Shown piece after piece: positions 52,578-64,000 of a stretch of 64,000 nt of DNA. The DNA comes from Mytilus edulis (taxonomy: Eukaryota). The notes beneath the pieces were generated by a model. That model saw only the letters and a program-made list of their open reading frames with translations, did no database searches and was not told the origin of the DNA. The position numbers and the translations under genes are program-made. The stretch lies in NCBI RefSeq assembly GCF_963676685.1, contig NC_092348.1:17236001-17300000 (forward strand), given 5' to 3'. The stretch's first letter is position 1. Each line of letters starts with the position of its first letter.

Positions 52578-52692
52578 AATAAGCTCATCATAGATACAAG
52601 TATTGAAATTTTATATTTGCGCCAGACTCGCGTTTCGTCTACAAAAGACTCATCAGTTGCGCTCGAATAAAATAATGTTAAAAAGGCCAAAA
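52578..52692 (-). ncRNA. Retrozyme fragment with hammerhead (52619-52662)
   Basis: GCGCAA-CUGAUGA-GUC-UUUUGUA-GAC-GAAA-CGCGAG-UC-UGGCGC. The core is intact, with one mismatch each in stems I and III. Confidence 0.85.
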
Positions 52693-55600
52693 AGAATCAT
52701 TCTTCCCTGTCGACGCACACGTTCTTGCTCTTTGATAGTTTATTTTATTCCTTTAATTTTTTATAAAATTTTAACATCGGTGATCTACCGTTCCTTTTTT
52801 TACTTTTTACTTTTTATTATTTTTCTTGATTTTTTTAAAGTATTTTATAGAAATAAAGACTTAAGAGGAAACGCAATGCAACTGCCGAAATGATTTTACT
52901 TCTTAGAGGCATAATTCTTATAAACATATTTGATCGGCAATGATTTCCGAAATTGTCCGAAACATTTCTGATTTAATCCTTTAATATAAGTTTGATTGTA
53001 ATCTAAAATAAATTGTAGATCACTTACATAAATCTTACCTTTTACTGATATTTCAAAGGGGTATAACTCTTTTTTTTTTAATTATTGGCACTGATCCGAT
53101 TCATTGCTGATATAAACCCTTGATGTAAGATTAATTAAAATCTGACAAAAAATTTTAAATGAGTTAACAATCTAATGTTCATATAATAATCATTGCTAAG
53201 GGGCAAAAGTCTTCTAAACAATTTTGATTTGTACTGATTTCCTTTATATAAAGTGATACACTTTACAGAGTCTTACTTGCACCGTTTTTTGACCACGACA
53301 AAGAAAAAATTTTGTGTTTGGCTTGTCGAGCATAAATTTATCATGACGTTTTTTTATTTCCTATTATTCATAGAGATGCGATATACGGTAAGAAAGGACA
53401 GTTTTGACAAAATTTCCGATATTTTTTGTTACTTCAAAACATATCTGACGTTTATCAGCCCATCATATCAAGGTTTCATATTGATTTTACCAATAAGGGA
53501 AAAAATTCTCCGTCAAGTTCATTACAAAATTATCTTTAGCATCTTTCATTTATGTACAATACCCTTATCAGAATCTCTCATGCCAACATGGACGACGTTA
53601 TCTGATGTTTATCTTATCACATGATCACCAAGGCGCCCTCTATCAATATTCGATCTGGCTTATCTGTCCCGATAGAGCATTATTCGCTCTGTCACCTTAG
53701 AAACAAGATGGCGAAGATAAAAGATATGACAGACTACAAATGAATTCGGAACAATGAGATGGAGATTAGCATGAAGTAATAAATATATCTGACTTCAGCA
53801 GCCAATTCATAAAGGCTTTCCGTTGATAAATGATAAAGTAATATCGTTTATTTATAATTGAGAAACGATGCAGACATTTGTTACAAGCTTGTTAAATAAG
53901 TAATGATATTTATGCCTTCAAAAAGAAGTTGTACTTTTAATCATTTAGAACGACAAAACGAATTCTTTGTTCTTTGCTGTTTGAACAAAGGGTATTTGTA
54001 CATGTACATGGAGAACGATAAAACTTGAAAATAGCAAAGTATTTAAAAAGGAAGTTTGAAATTAGTGTTTTAACATTTGCACATCCGATAAGAGTTGGTC
54101 ACGAGTATAGTTCTTTGCAAAAAAAAAATAATTTCTTAGTATTACATATACTATCTTATTTCTATCTGATCCGGCATAGCTGAAATCGGTACGTTCGTGA
54201 AATAAAGATATAAAATGATACTGTATGATCAAAGGCATCTTATTTATTTAATCGTGTATAATACTGATTTGCAATGCCTCAAAAATAAATCAACGTTAGA
54301 CAGCAATATACAATAAGGATTACTTGGTGTTTTTTTATTTTGACCCCCGAGATTGTTTTTTCATTAAAGAAAAGATAAATAAATTGAAAATTAAGAATAT
54401 TGAACGGTGTTCCTATGAAAATGGTTTCAATGGAAAGGTATGATTCCAGACAAGATATTGGCCCATGGTTTGTTCAGTAAAACAATATAAAAAAATACTG
54501 ATCTCCGAGGAAAATTCCAAACAGAAAGTCTTAATCAAAATGGCAAAATCAAATGATAAAACATATCAAACGAATGGACAACAACTGTCATATTCCTGAC
54601 TTGGTACAGGCATTTTCAGATGTGGAAAATGGTGGACTGAACCTGGTTTTATAGCGTTAAACCTCTCACTTGTACGACAGTCACATCTAATTCTATTAAA
54701 TTGACAACGATGCGTGAACAAAACAAACAGACACAATAGGTAAAAATGTTACAAATAGGGATACAACAACAACACGAACCCCATCAAAAACTGGTGTTCG
54801 GTCCAGAAATGACTTTGATGGTATATCAGGATGTGATCAATGTTTTAGAATGTTGTAACGGTAATTTGTTGGGAAATGAGAAAGTGTTATAATTGTGCTA
54901 TTGTTCATTTTGAGTTCTTGTCTTTTATTTTTGCTAATGTCATGAATGTACTTTGTCTTTATGTCTTTTTGTTCTTTTTGATGCACTTGGTGTTTTTTTT
55001 TATAGTGATTGAGATTGTGACACAATGTTGACTGCTGTATCCCTATTTTTGACATGTTTTCCTATTATGTCTGTTTGTTTTGTTCACACATCGTTGTCAA
55101 TATAATAGAATTTGATGCGACTGTCATACAAGTGAGAGGTTAAACTAGCTTTCAAACCAGGTTTATTTAACTATTTTCTCCATGAGAAAATGCATATACC
55201 AAGTCAGAAAAATGACAGTTGTTATCCATCCGTTTGATGTGTTTGAGCTTTTGATTTTGCCATTTGAAAGGGACTTTCCGTTTTGAATTTTCCTCGGAGT
55301 TCAGTTGTGTGTGTTCTAACAATTATTTTAGAGACCTCATTTAAGCTTCATGTACCTTAATTGACCATCAAAAGTCAGTGAAGGTCTTGTTTGGTGGTTA
55401 TAAACAACTGAATCTCCTCCCGCAATGTCAAATGCTTCATAGATGATTTATACGAATGTCAGGCCATTTATTGATAGACTGATCCGTTCAATAATTTTAC
55501 CTGAATGAAAATTATTATTTTGTTTTATTATTTTTTACACCATGCATTTTACAGGAAATTAATAACAAGTTATCATTCTGTACAATTCGCTATGCTCAAG

Positions 55601-57087
55601 GCCAAGAAGTGATCGCAGAAATCAATTTAAAAAAATCTCAGTTTGCCAAATAGCTTCCATTTGGAATACATCTGACATACAACTGATGAGTTTATAAATC
55701 TTTTGGATCTTCGCTAGAAAAAACGTGTTCGGAAATTAACAAAAAAGTTTCTTGCACATAAGAATAGTATTCAAATCATATCAGTTATAGTTTGACGCAA
55801 TTGGATTGCCTTGGTGGTTTCAATCTAATTAGTCCTTCCATGTTAAACTGGAACGTAAGATGTCTGTAAATATCCCATATATATACGCTTAATTATGATT
55901 TACTTCATTTAAAAATTGATATTGTTGGGGTTTTTTTTATAAATGCTACATTCGTCCGATTTTGTATCTGAAAAAATATATGCTTCAATCCAAACTTCTT
56001 TCTTAAGATACGTGCATTAATCTTATTATATTTGAATTACCTCCCTTGTGCCAAATTTATTTCGGTCCCAAATTAGATCGTCATAATAAAATAGCAATTT
56101 TGTTAAGAAGATGTGATTTTATCAACTTTTATAATACCAGTGATGTATATATACAAAGAAATCAATACATCAGAAGATGCATTGCCTTTCCAATCATACA
56201 TGTTTGTTAGTTACCGATAAGATATATATTTTGATAAGAAGATTTTTAATATTTGCCAACATGATAAAGTGTCTGTGTTGCTACAACGCAATTTTCGATG
56301 ACTTATCTGAAATGTCAATTTGTAGTATTTCATTTCATAGCGTTCGATTTGTATTTCTTGAATCTAATTTTCAACAGGATTTGGTGTCCTGTTTTTAACA
56401 CATATCAAATTTAGAATGTAAAAGATATGTCTTAAAAGAGAAAATAAGAAGAGGTAAAAAAAACTTATATAATCTATTGTTATTCGTTTTGTTGGAAAAC
56501 AACTTTTGAAATTTTTCCCTTGATTTTAAAAATTGAAAAACTTGAATTCCATTCTGACGAGAAACAGAATGCCTTTTAGATCTTTGAGTGCAGGGTTTGT
56601 TTTCAATGACAAAGTTTTTTTTTAAAATGCTGGTACATTTTAGTTCTGGTCCTTTAACTGACATCTTGCTACAATATGTTAAAAGTCCATTGTGTACACG
56701 TAATACAAATAACAAATAAAAGATAGACGATAAGATACAAGGTAATTCCGCTACATTATATAACGATTATACACGTTTTATTCCCCTTTTAATTTTATTA
56801 GAAGCGACTTTTAGTCGTTTTGGTGTTATTAGTACATTTCTTATCGTTTCGATGTTATTGGAATCGACTTTTAGTCGTTGTTATATCATACACTTAGCAT
56901 TCTCACATTTTCACAAGGAGAGTTGCATGATATGTTTGAAACGTGTCGACAGAAATGCAAGTACTATAGGTCATTAATTTCAATTTGTGTGTTCCCAAAA
57001 CTGATGATACATCTTTTGTTCCCTTTATATAATTACCTACTTATTTAGAAATATGTTATTTTCAAACGAACTCCACTATCAATTTCT

Positions 57088-57400
57088 ATAAACTCATCAT
57101 AGATACCAGGATTGAAATTTTGTATTTGCGACCGACGCGCGTTTCGTCTACATAAGACTCTTCAGTGACGCTCGAATCCAAATAAGTTAAAAATGCCAAA
57201 ATAAAGTACGAAGTGGAAGAGCATAGAAGACCAACAATTCCTAAAAGTGTTTCCAAATACTGCCAAGGTAATCTATTTCTGAGGTAGAAAAGCTTTAGTT
57301 TCAAAACTTCAAAGTTTTGTTAACAGTTTGTTTATAATAACAATGCTAATAATTCATGTTCACACAGAATTGCTGAATACTGGGATAGTGATATCCACGT
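57088..57400 (-). ncRNA. Retrozyme fragment with hammerhead (57128-57171)
   Basis: GCGUCA-CUGAAGA-GUC-UUAUGUA-GAC-GAAA-CGCGCG-UC-GGUCGC. The core and stem III palindrome are intact; stem I is weakened. Confidence 0.87.
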
Positions 57401-57473
57401 ATGACTCAAGTTTTTAAATTACGGAAGGGTGACATGGGGTATTGTTTTCTTTTCTTTTAACCCATTTAAAGAT

Positions 57474-57663
57474 TCAGCTAACTTGTTATAACGACATAGT
57501 AACTCATTATTCGACCTACTTCACTCGTTATAACGACTATGATAATTCATTATACCGACTATGATAACTCGTTATAGCGACTTATCTAACTCGTTGTAAC
57601 TACTAAGCCAACTCGTGATTACGATTCAGCTTAGCTTACTCGTTATAACTAACTAGCTAACTT
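57474..57663 (+). repeat. Degenerate ~22-bp minisatellite (8-9 units)
   Basis: The core taactcgttataacgac recurs. Confidence 0.85.
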
Positions 57664-58989
57664 AATATAGCTCTTAATCATATGAAAATATCAAATGCTT
57701 GGAAAGTTTAGATGAATTACGGTGAGGGCTTTAGAAGGAGTTGTGGATACAGCATTGCATGGTATTCACCTTAAATAAAGCAATGACAAAATCCATGTCT
57801 ACGTCATCAAAAAATGAAACGGAAAAGAATAATTATACAGATTAAAGAATGAAATCGGATGTGAACAAGTACATGTGAATACATGTGAGTAAAAAGCCTA
57901 AACTTATGACATCACGGCCGACGTCCATTCTTATTGTGTGATGCCTGCAAATTTTATTAATAATAATAAGGTGAAAACGATACGGTACAAAATGAACAAT
58001 CATACATGTATATAAATCTTGATGAATTTTAGGTCAATATTTAAGTTCTATACTAAAAACAAATCTTCGAAAGCCATCATACTATATAGCATTGCAGAGT
58101 TGCTAAGGTTTTTTTTCTTCTATTTTTGGATAATATTAAAATTACAGGTTACCAGCACACGTGTTTATACTAAGATATACAAAGCTATCAAATTAAAGAA
58201 ATTGTATATGTCATAAAATATTTACAAACACTCGATATCTGAAATGAATGCTTTATATTTGTATCAATTGTAAGATGATCAACAGGTATACAATATCAAA
58301 GCCGTATATTATAACAGGTTCTGATTTTTGTTGTAAAACAATAATTTTCTCTTCTGTATACAAAGACATTGATGACAGTCATTCTATAGTTTTTTATGGA
58401 AATAATTTATAAGATATTAAACTTTTGAAAATATATATATTTTTTCAGCATTACTTTTTCTAAAAAAAAAAGATTAACAGAAGTTTCCATTTCAGTCAAT
58501 GCAAGAAATTATACTATACCGAAACGAAGTACTGTATTTTTTTCTAACAGGTGTTGCCATCAGTGGTACTTGTATTTCGTAAGAATCATATTGATATATA
58601 AATTAGTCAAAATTTAATAAAGTGCACTTCTATGTAACATATTTTTTTTAATATAAAATTATTAGATTTCTTATTTTTAAGATATCGTATCAGTATAAAA
58701 CATATTTCATCCATTGCTTTATAATCAAATCAGGAGACAAAAAGATATTAACCGTACCGATATCAAGGCTTTTACTGTGCGTTTCATAATGTAGCTTGTA
58801 TCAGATTATATAGGAACGATATAAAGGAATTTCAAAATAATACATATATATCATCATATAATATAGCATGTAGATGTAGAAAGAAATCTGTGTTGGTTAA
58901 ACTTAAACCTCATATTTCTGGAATCAGCAAAAGATTCCTTATCAAGATGTACACGAAATTGTTAAATTTATAGTATATTGTAATGTAAG

Positions 58990-61900
58990 AGTTCTTATTT
59001 TTGTCCTAGTGGTAACAGCTTATACTTGTTCATGTATCAATATCCTGGTTCTAACATCTTATTCTTCATGTATCATTCTCCTGGTTCTAACATCTTATTC
59101 TTCATGTATCATTCTCCTGGTTCTAACATCTTATTCTTGTTCAGGTATCATTCTCCTGGTTCTAACATCTTATTCTTGTTCATGTATCATTTTCCTGGTT
59201 CTAACATCTTATTCTTGTTCATGTTTCATTCTCCTGGTTGTAACATCGTATTCTTGTTCATGTATCATTATCCTGGTTCTAACATCGGATTCTTGTTCAT
59301 GTATCATTTTCCTGGTTCTAACATCTTATTCTTGTTCAAGTATCATTCTCCTGGTTCTTACATCTTATTCTTGTTCATGTGTCATTCTCCTGGTTCTAAC
59401 ATCTTATTCTTGTTCGTGTATCATTCTCCTGGTTGTAACATCTTATTTTCTCATGTATCATTCTCCTGGTTCTAACATCTTATTCTTGTTCATGGATCAT
59501 TCTCCTGGTTCTAACAACTTATTCTTGTTGATGTATCCTTCTCCTGGTTCTAACATCTTATTATTGTTCATGTATCATTCTCCTGGTTCTAACATCTTAT
59601 TCTTGTTCATTTATCATTTCCTTACATCTTATTCTTGTTCATGTATCATTCTTCTGGTTCTAACATCTTATTTTTGTTCATATATAATTCTCCTGGTTCT
59701 AACATCTTATTCTTGTTCATGTATTATTATCCTGGTTCTAACATCTTATTCTTGTTCATGTATCATTCTTCTTGTTCTAACATCGTATTCTTGTTCATGT
59801 ATCATTATCCTGGTACTAACGTCTTAATTTTGTTCATGTATCAATCTACTGTTTCTAACATCTTATTCTTGTTCATGTATAATTCTCCTGGTTCTTACTT
59901 CTTATTCTTGTTCATGTATCATTCTCCTGGTTCTAACATCTTATTCTTGTTCGTATATCATTCTCATGATTCTAACATTTATTCTTGTCAATGCGGCATT
60001 ATCCTGGTTTTAACATTGTATTCTTGTTCATGTATCATTCTCCTGGTTCTAACATCTTATTCTTGTTCATGTATCATTCTCCTGGTTGTAACATCTTATT
60101 CTTGTTCATGTATCGTTCTCCTGGTTCTGACATTTATTCTTGTTCAGGTATCAATTTCCTGGTTCTAACATCTTATTCTTGTTCACGTATCATTCTCCTG
60201 GTTCTGACATTTATTATGGTTCATGTATCATTCTCCTGGTTGTAACATCTTATTCTTGTGAATGTATCATTCTCCTGGTTCTAACATCTTATTCTTGTTC
60301 ATGTATCATTCTCCTGGTTCTAACATCTTATTCTTGTTCATGTATCATTATCCTTGTTCTTACATCTTATTCTTGTTCAGGTATCAATCTCCTAGTTCTA
60401 ACATCTTATTCTTCTTCATGTATCATTCTCCTGGTTCTAACATCTTATTCTTGTTCAGGTATCATTCTCCTGGTTCTAACATCTTATTCTTGTTCATGTA
60501 TCATTCTCCTGGTTCTAACATCGTATTCTTGTTCAGGTATCATTCTCCTGGTTCTAACATTGTATTCTTGTTCATGTATCATTCTCCTGGTTCTAACATC
60601 GTATTCTTGTTCATGTATCATTCTCCTGGTTATAACATATTATTCTTGTTCATATATCATTCTCCCGGTTGTAACATCTTATTCTTGTTCATGTATCATT
60701 ATCATGGTTCTAACTTCTGATTTTTGTTCATGTATCATTCTCCTAGTTCTAACATCTTATTCTTGTTCAGGTATCATTATCATGGTTCTAACATCTTATT
60801 CTTGTTCAAGTATCATTCTTCTTGTTCTAACATCTTATTCTTGTTCGTGTATCATTCTCCTGGTTCTAACATCTTATTCTTGTTCATGTATCATTCTCCT
60901 GGTTGTAACATCTTATTCTTGTTCACGTATCATTCTTCTTGTTCTAACATCTTATTCTTGTTCGTGTATCATTCTCCTGGTTTTAACATCTTATTCTTGT
61001 TCATGTATCAACCTCCTGGTTCCAACATCTTATTCTTGTTCATGTATCCTTCTCCTGGTTCCAACATCGTATTCTTGTTCATACATCATTCTTATGATTC
61101 TAACATATTAATACACTTGTTCATGTATCATTCTCCTAGTTCTAACATCTTATTCTTGTTCAAGTATCATTCTCCTGGTTGTAACATCTTATTCTTGTTC
61201 ACGTATCATTCTTCTTGTTCTAACATCTTATTCTTGTTCATGTATCATTCTCCTGGTTTTAACATCTTATTCTTGTTCATGTATCAACCTCTTGGTTCCA
61301 ACATCTTATTCTTGTTCATGTATCCTTCTCCTGGTTCCAACATCGTATTCTTGTTCATACATCATTCTTATGATTCTAACATATTAATACACTTGTTCAT
61401 GTATCATTCTCCTAGTTCTAACATCTTATTCTTGTTCAAGTATCATTCTCCTGGTTGTAACATCTTATTCTTGTTCACGTGTCATTCTTCTTGTTCTAAC
61501 ATCTTATTCTTGTTCATGTATCATTCTCCTGGTTTTAACATCTTATTCTTGTTCATGTATCAACCTCCTGGTTCCAACATCTTATTCTTGTTCATGTATC
61601 CTTCTCCTGGTTCCAACATCGTATTCTTGTTCATACATCATTCTTATGATTCTAACATATTAATACACTTGTTCATGTATCATTCTCCTAGTTCTAAAAT
61701 CTAAATATTGTTCATTCATCTTTCTTCTTGTTTTAACGTCTTATTCTTGTTCATGTATCATTCTCCTGGTTTTAACATCTTATTCTTGTTCATGTATCAA
61801 CCTCCTGGTTCCAACATCTTATTCTTGTTCATGTATCCTTCTCCTGGTTCCAACATCGTATTCTTGTTCATACATCATTCTTATGATTCTAACATATTAA

Positions 61901-63580
61901 TACACTTGTTCATGTATCATTCTCCTAGTTCTAAAATCTAAATATTGTTCATTCATCTTTCTTCTTGTTTTAACGTCTTATTCTTGTTCATGTATCATTC
62001 TCCTGGTTTTAACATCTTATTCTTGTTCATGTATCATTCTCCTGGTTGTAACATCTTATTCTTGTTCATGTATCATTCTCCTGGTTCTAACATCTTATTC
62101 TTGTTCATGCATCATTCTCCTGGTTCTAACATCTTATTCTTGTTCATGTATCAATCTCTTGGTTTTAACATCTTATTCTTGTTAATGTATCATTCTCATG
62201 ATTCTAAAATTTATTCTTGTCAATGCACCATTATCCTGGTTCTAACATTGTATTCTTGTTCATGTATCAATATTCTGATCATAACATCTTATTCTTGTTA
62301 ATGCATCATTCTCCTGGTTCTAACACCGTTTTGTTGTTCATGGGCCATTTTCATAGTTCTAACACCTTATTCTTGTTGATGTATCAACCTCCTGGTTCCA
62401 ACATCTTATTCTTGTTCATGTATCATTCTCCTGGTTCCAACATCGTATTCTTGTTCATACATCATTCTTATGATTCTAACATATTAATACACTTGTTCAT
62501 GTATCATTCTCCTAGTTCTAAAATCTAAATATTGATCATTCATCTTTCTTCTTGTTTTAACGTCTTATTCTTGTTCATGTATCATTCTCCTGGTTCTAAC
62601 ATCTTATTCTTGCTCATGCAGCATTCTCCTGGTTCTAACATCTTATTCTTGTTCATGCATCAATATTCTGATCCTAACATCTTATTCTTGTTAATGCATC
62701 ATTCTCCTGGTAACACCGTTTTGTTGTTCATGGGCCATTTTCATAGTTCTAACACCTTATTCTTGTTGATGAATCTTGGTATGGTTCTGCTGTGTTAATT
62801 TTGTTCATGTATCATTCTTATTGTTCTTGCATATTATTATTCCTGTTCACTCATCTTTCTCGTGGTTCTAGCATATTATTCTTTTTCATGCATTAGTCTC
62901 TTAGTTCTAACATAGTATTCTTGTTCATCAATCATCCTCATGTTTTTAACGTCCAGTTCTTATTCATCCATCATTCTCATGTTTTTGGATGTTTTAATGT
63001 TAAAATTGTAACGTTTTCTTAGCTTTAATGTCTTATTATCGTTTATCAATTGTTCTTCCGGACCTTATGTCTCATAATTGTTAATCCATTGTTCTCCTGA
63101 TTAGGATGTATTATTCTTGATTCTACGTCGTTCCCCTGGTTGTAAGGTCTGGTTCTCGTTCATCCATTGTTCTTTTGACTATAATGCCTTACTTTCGTTA
63201 TCCATCATACTCATGGTAGTTATATGTCTTATTTTTATTAATGTACCATTCTATTGGCTCTAAAGTCCTATCAATAAAATTAACAGTACCAATTTTCTTG
63301 CACCAGATGCGCATTTCGACAATACATATCTCTTCAGTGATGCTCGTGGCCAAAATATTTGAAATCCAAAGCTTATATAAAAGATGAAGAGCTATAATCA
63401 TCCGTTCTCAATGTTGTAATATCTTATTCTAGTTCATCAATCGTTCTTCTGACTCTTATGTATTACTCTAGGACATCCATCGTTTGCCTGTAGTTTTTAT
63501 GTCTTATGCTCGTTCATGCATCTTTCTCGTTGCTCTAATGTCTTATTTTCTTTTTGTTTAAACTGGTCTGGTTCTTGATC
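58990..63580 (+). repeat. 39-bp minisatellite array (>100 units): homogeneous core ~59040-62770 with a degenerate right flank
   Basis: Consensus TCTTATTCTTGTTCATGTATCATTCTCCTGGTTCTAACA. It accounts for all ORF-track entries from 59009 to 62798. Confidence 0.97.
63270..63400 (-). ncRNA. Family-2 retrozyme fragment with intact type I hammerhead (63300-63343)
   Basis: GCAUCA-CUGAAGA-GAUA-UGUAU-UGUC-GAAA-UGCGCA-UC^UGGUGC. All core nucleotides are present, stems I and II pair fully, and stem III is the palindrome AUGCGCAU. Confidence 0.92.
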
Positions 63581-64000
63581 TTTTTGTGAAACCATTACGG
63601 TATTACAAAAATAAGAAAAGTTTTAATATCAAAATTTATTGTTTGAATATAATATAATTGAGGAAGAAATGTTACTTTTAGGCGGATTATTAACTGACTT
63701 GCATTTATAATTACTAGTTACCGGTGAAGCGTTGCAAAAGCAAATAGTTGTGACTGAAACTCACTGATACTAATTAAACCTTTAACGTTTAAGAATCACG
63801 TGTCTGTGATTCCTGTTTTCTGTACTGAGTTTCTGTAAGATAGTCGATAGTCACAATCGTTCGCAAGTCTTTTGAAGCACGAGAAATGTTGATGATGTAC
63901 ACAAGCATGCTGTTAATGATAGAAGAAGGGTCGTGCATATTTACATTTTCCCAACACATTAACCAGCGATTGCTTATCTTTTTCTTAGTTTACGATCATA

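Noticed and set aside
59040-62770. Selenoprotein read-through of the recurring minus-strand UGA (LEPGE*YMNKNKM)
   Set aside because: Variant units carry TAA stops and frameshifts, and no SECIS element was recognised.
59009-62798. Long ORFs (up to 326 aa) as protein-coding genes
   Set aside because: They arise from a 39-bp stop-poor tandem unit. They overlap in two frames, switch frame at -1 indels, and have no unique N- or C-terminal domain.
58990-63580. CRISPR array
   Set aside because: The units are contiguous with no unique spacers, the context is eukaryotic, and there are no cas genes.

Overview
This is AT-rich eukaryotic DNA. The repeat families look like those of a bivalve, most likely Mytilus; this is inferred from recognising the repeats, not from a search. 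I found no intact protein-coding gene, rRNA, true tRNA or CRISPR array. Nearly all ORF-track entries are chance ORFs or by-products of repeats. The window is a nested collection of mobile elements. (1) Eleven type I hammerhead ribozyme (HHR) motifs from two covarying families sit in retrozyme or Penelope pseudo-LTR repeats, including a 358-bp tandem pair next to a decayed Penelope-like reverse transcriptase (RT) and one intact ribozyme at 63300-63343. (2) A 3.6-kb Academ-type transposon retains transposase remnants. (3) A 3.8-kb element with CAC...GTG ends, 176-bp terminal inverted repeats (TIRs) and a 5-bp target-site duplication (TSD), a Transib/RAG-like signature, splits a tRNA-derived SINE. 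(4) There are hairpin-ended, Crypton-like elements, one carrying a tRNA-like cassette. (5) Helentron-type elements, MITEs and SINEs are present. (6) A head-to-tail segmental duplication spans about 11.4-18.1 and 18.1-28.0 kb, with an older third copy at about 4.0-6.1 kb. (7) A roughly 4.5-kb 39-bp minisatellite with higher-order repeats lies at the right end. A few weak promoter, exon and pseudogene candidates are noted. Boundaries of degenerate repeats are approximate.
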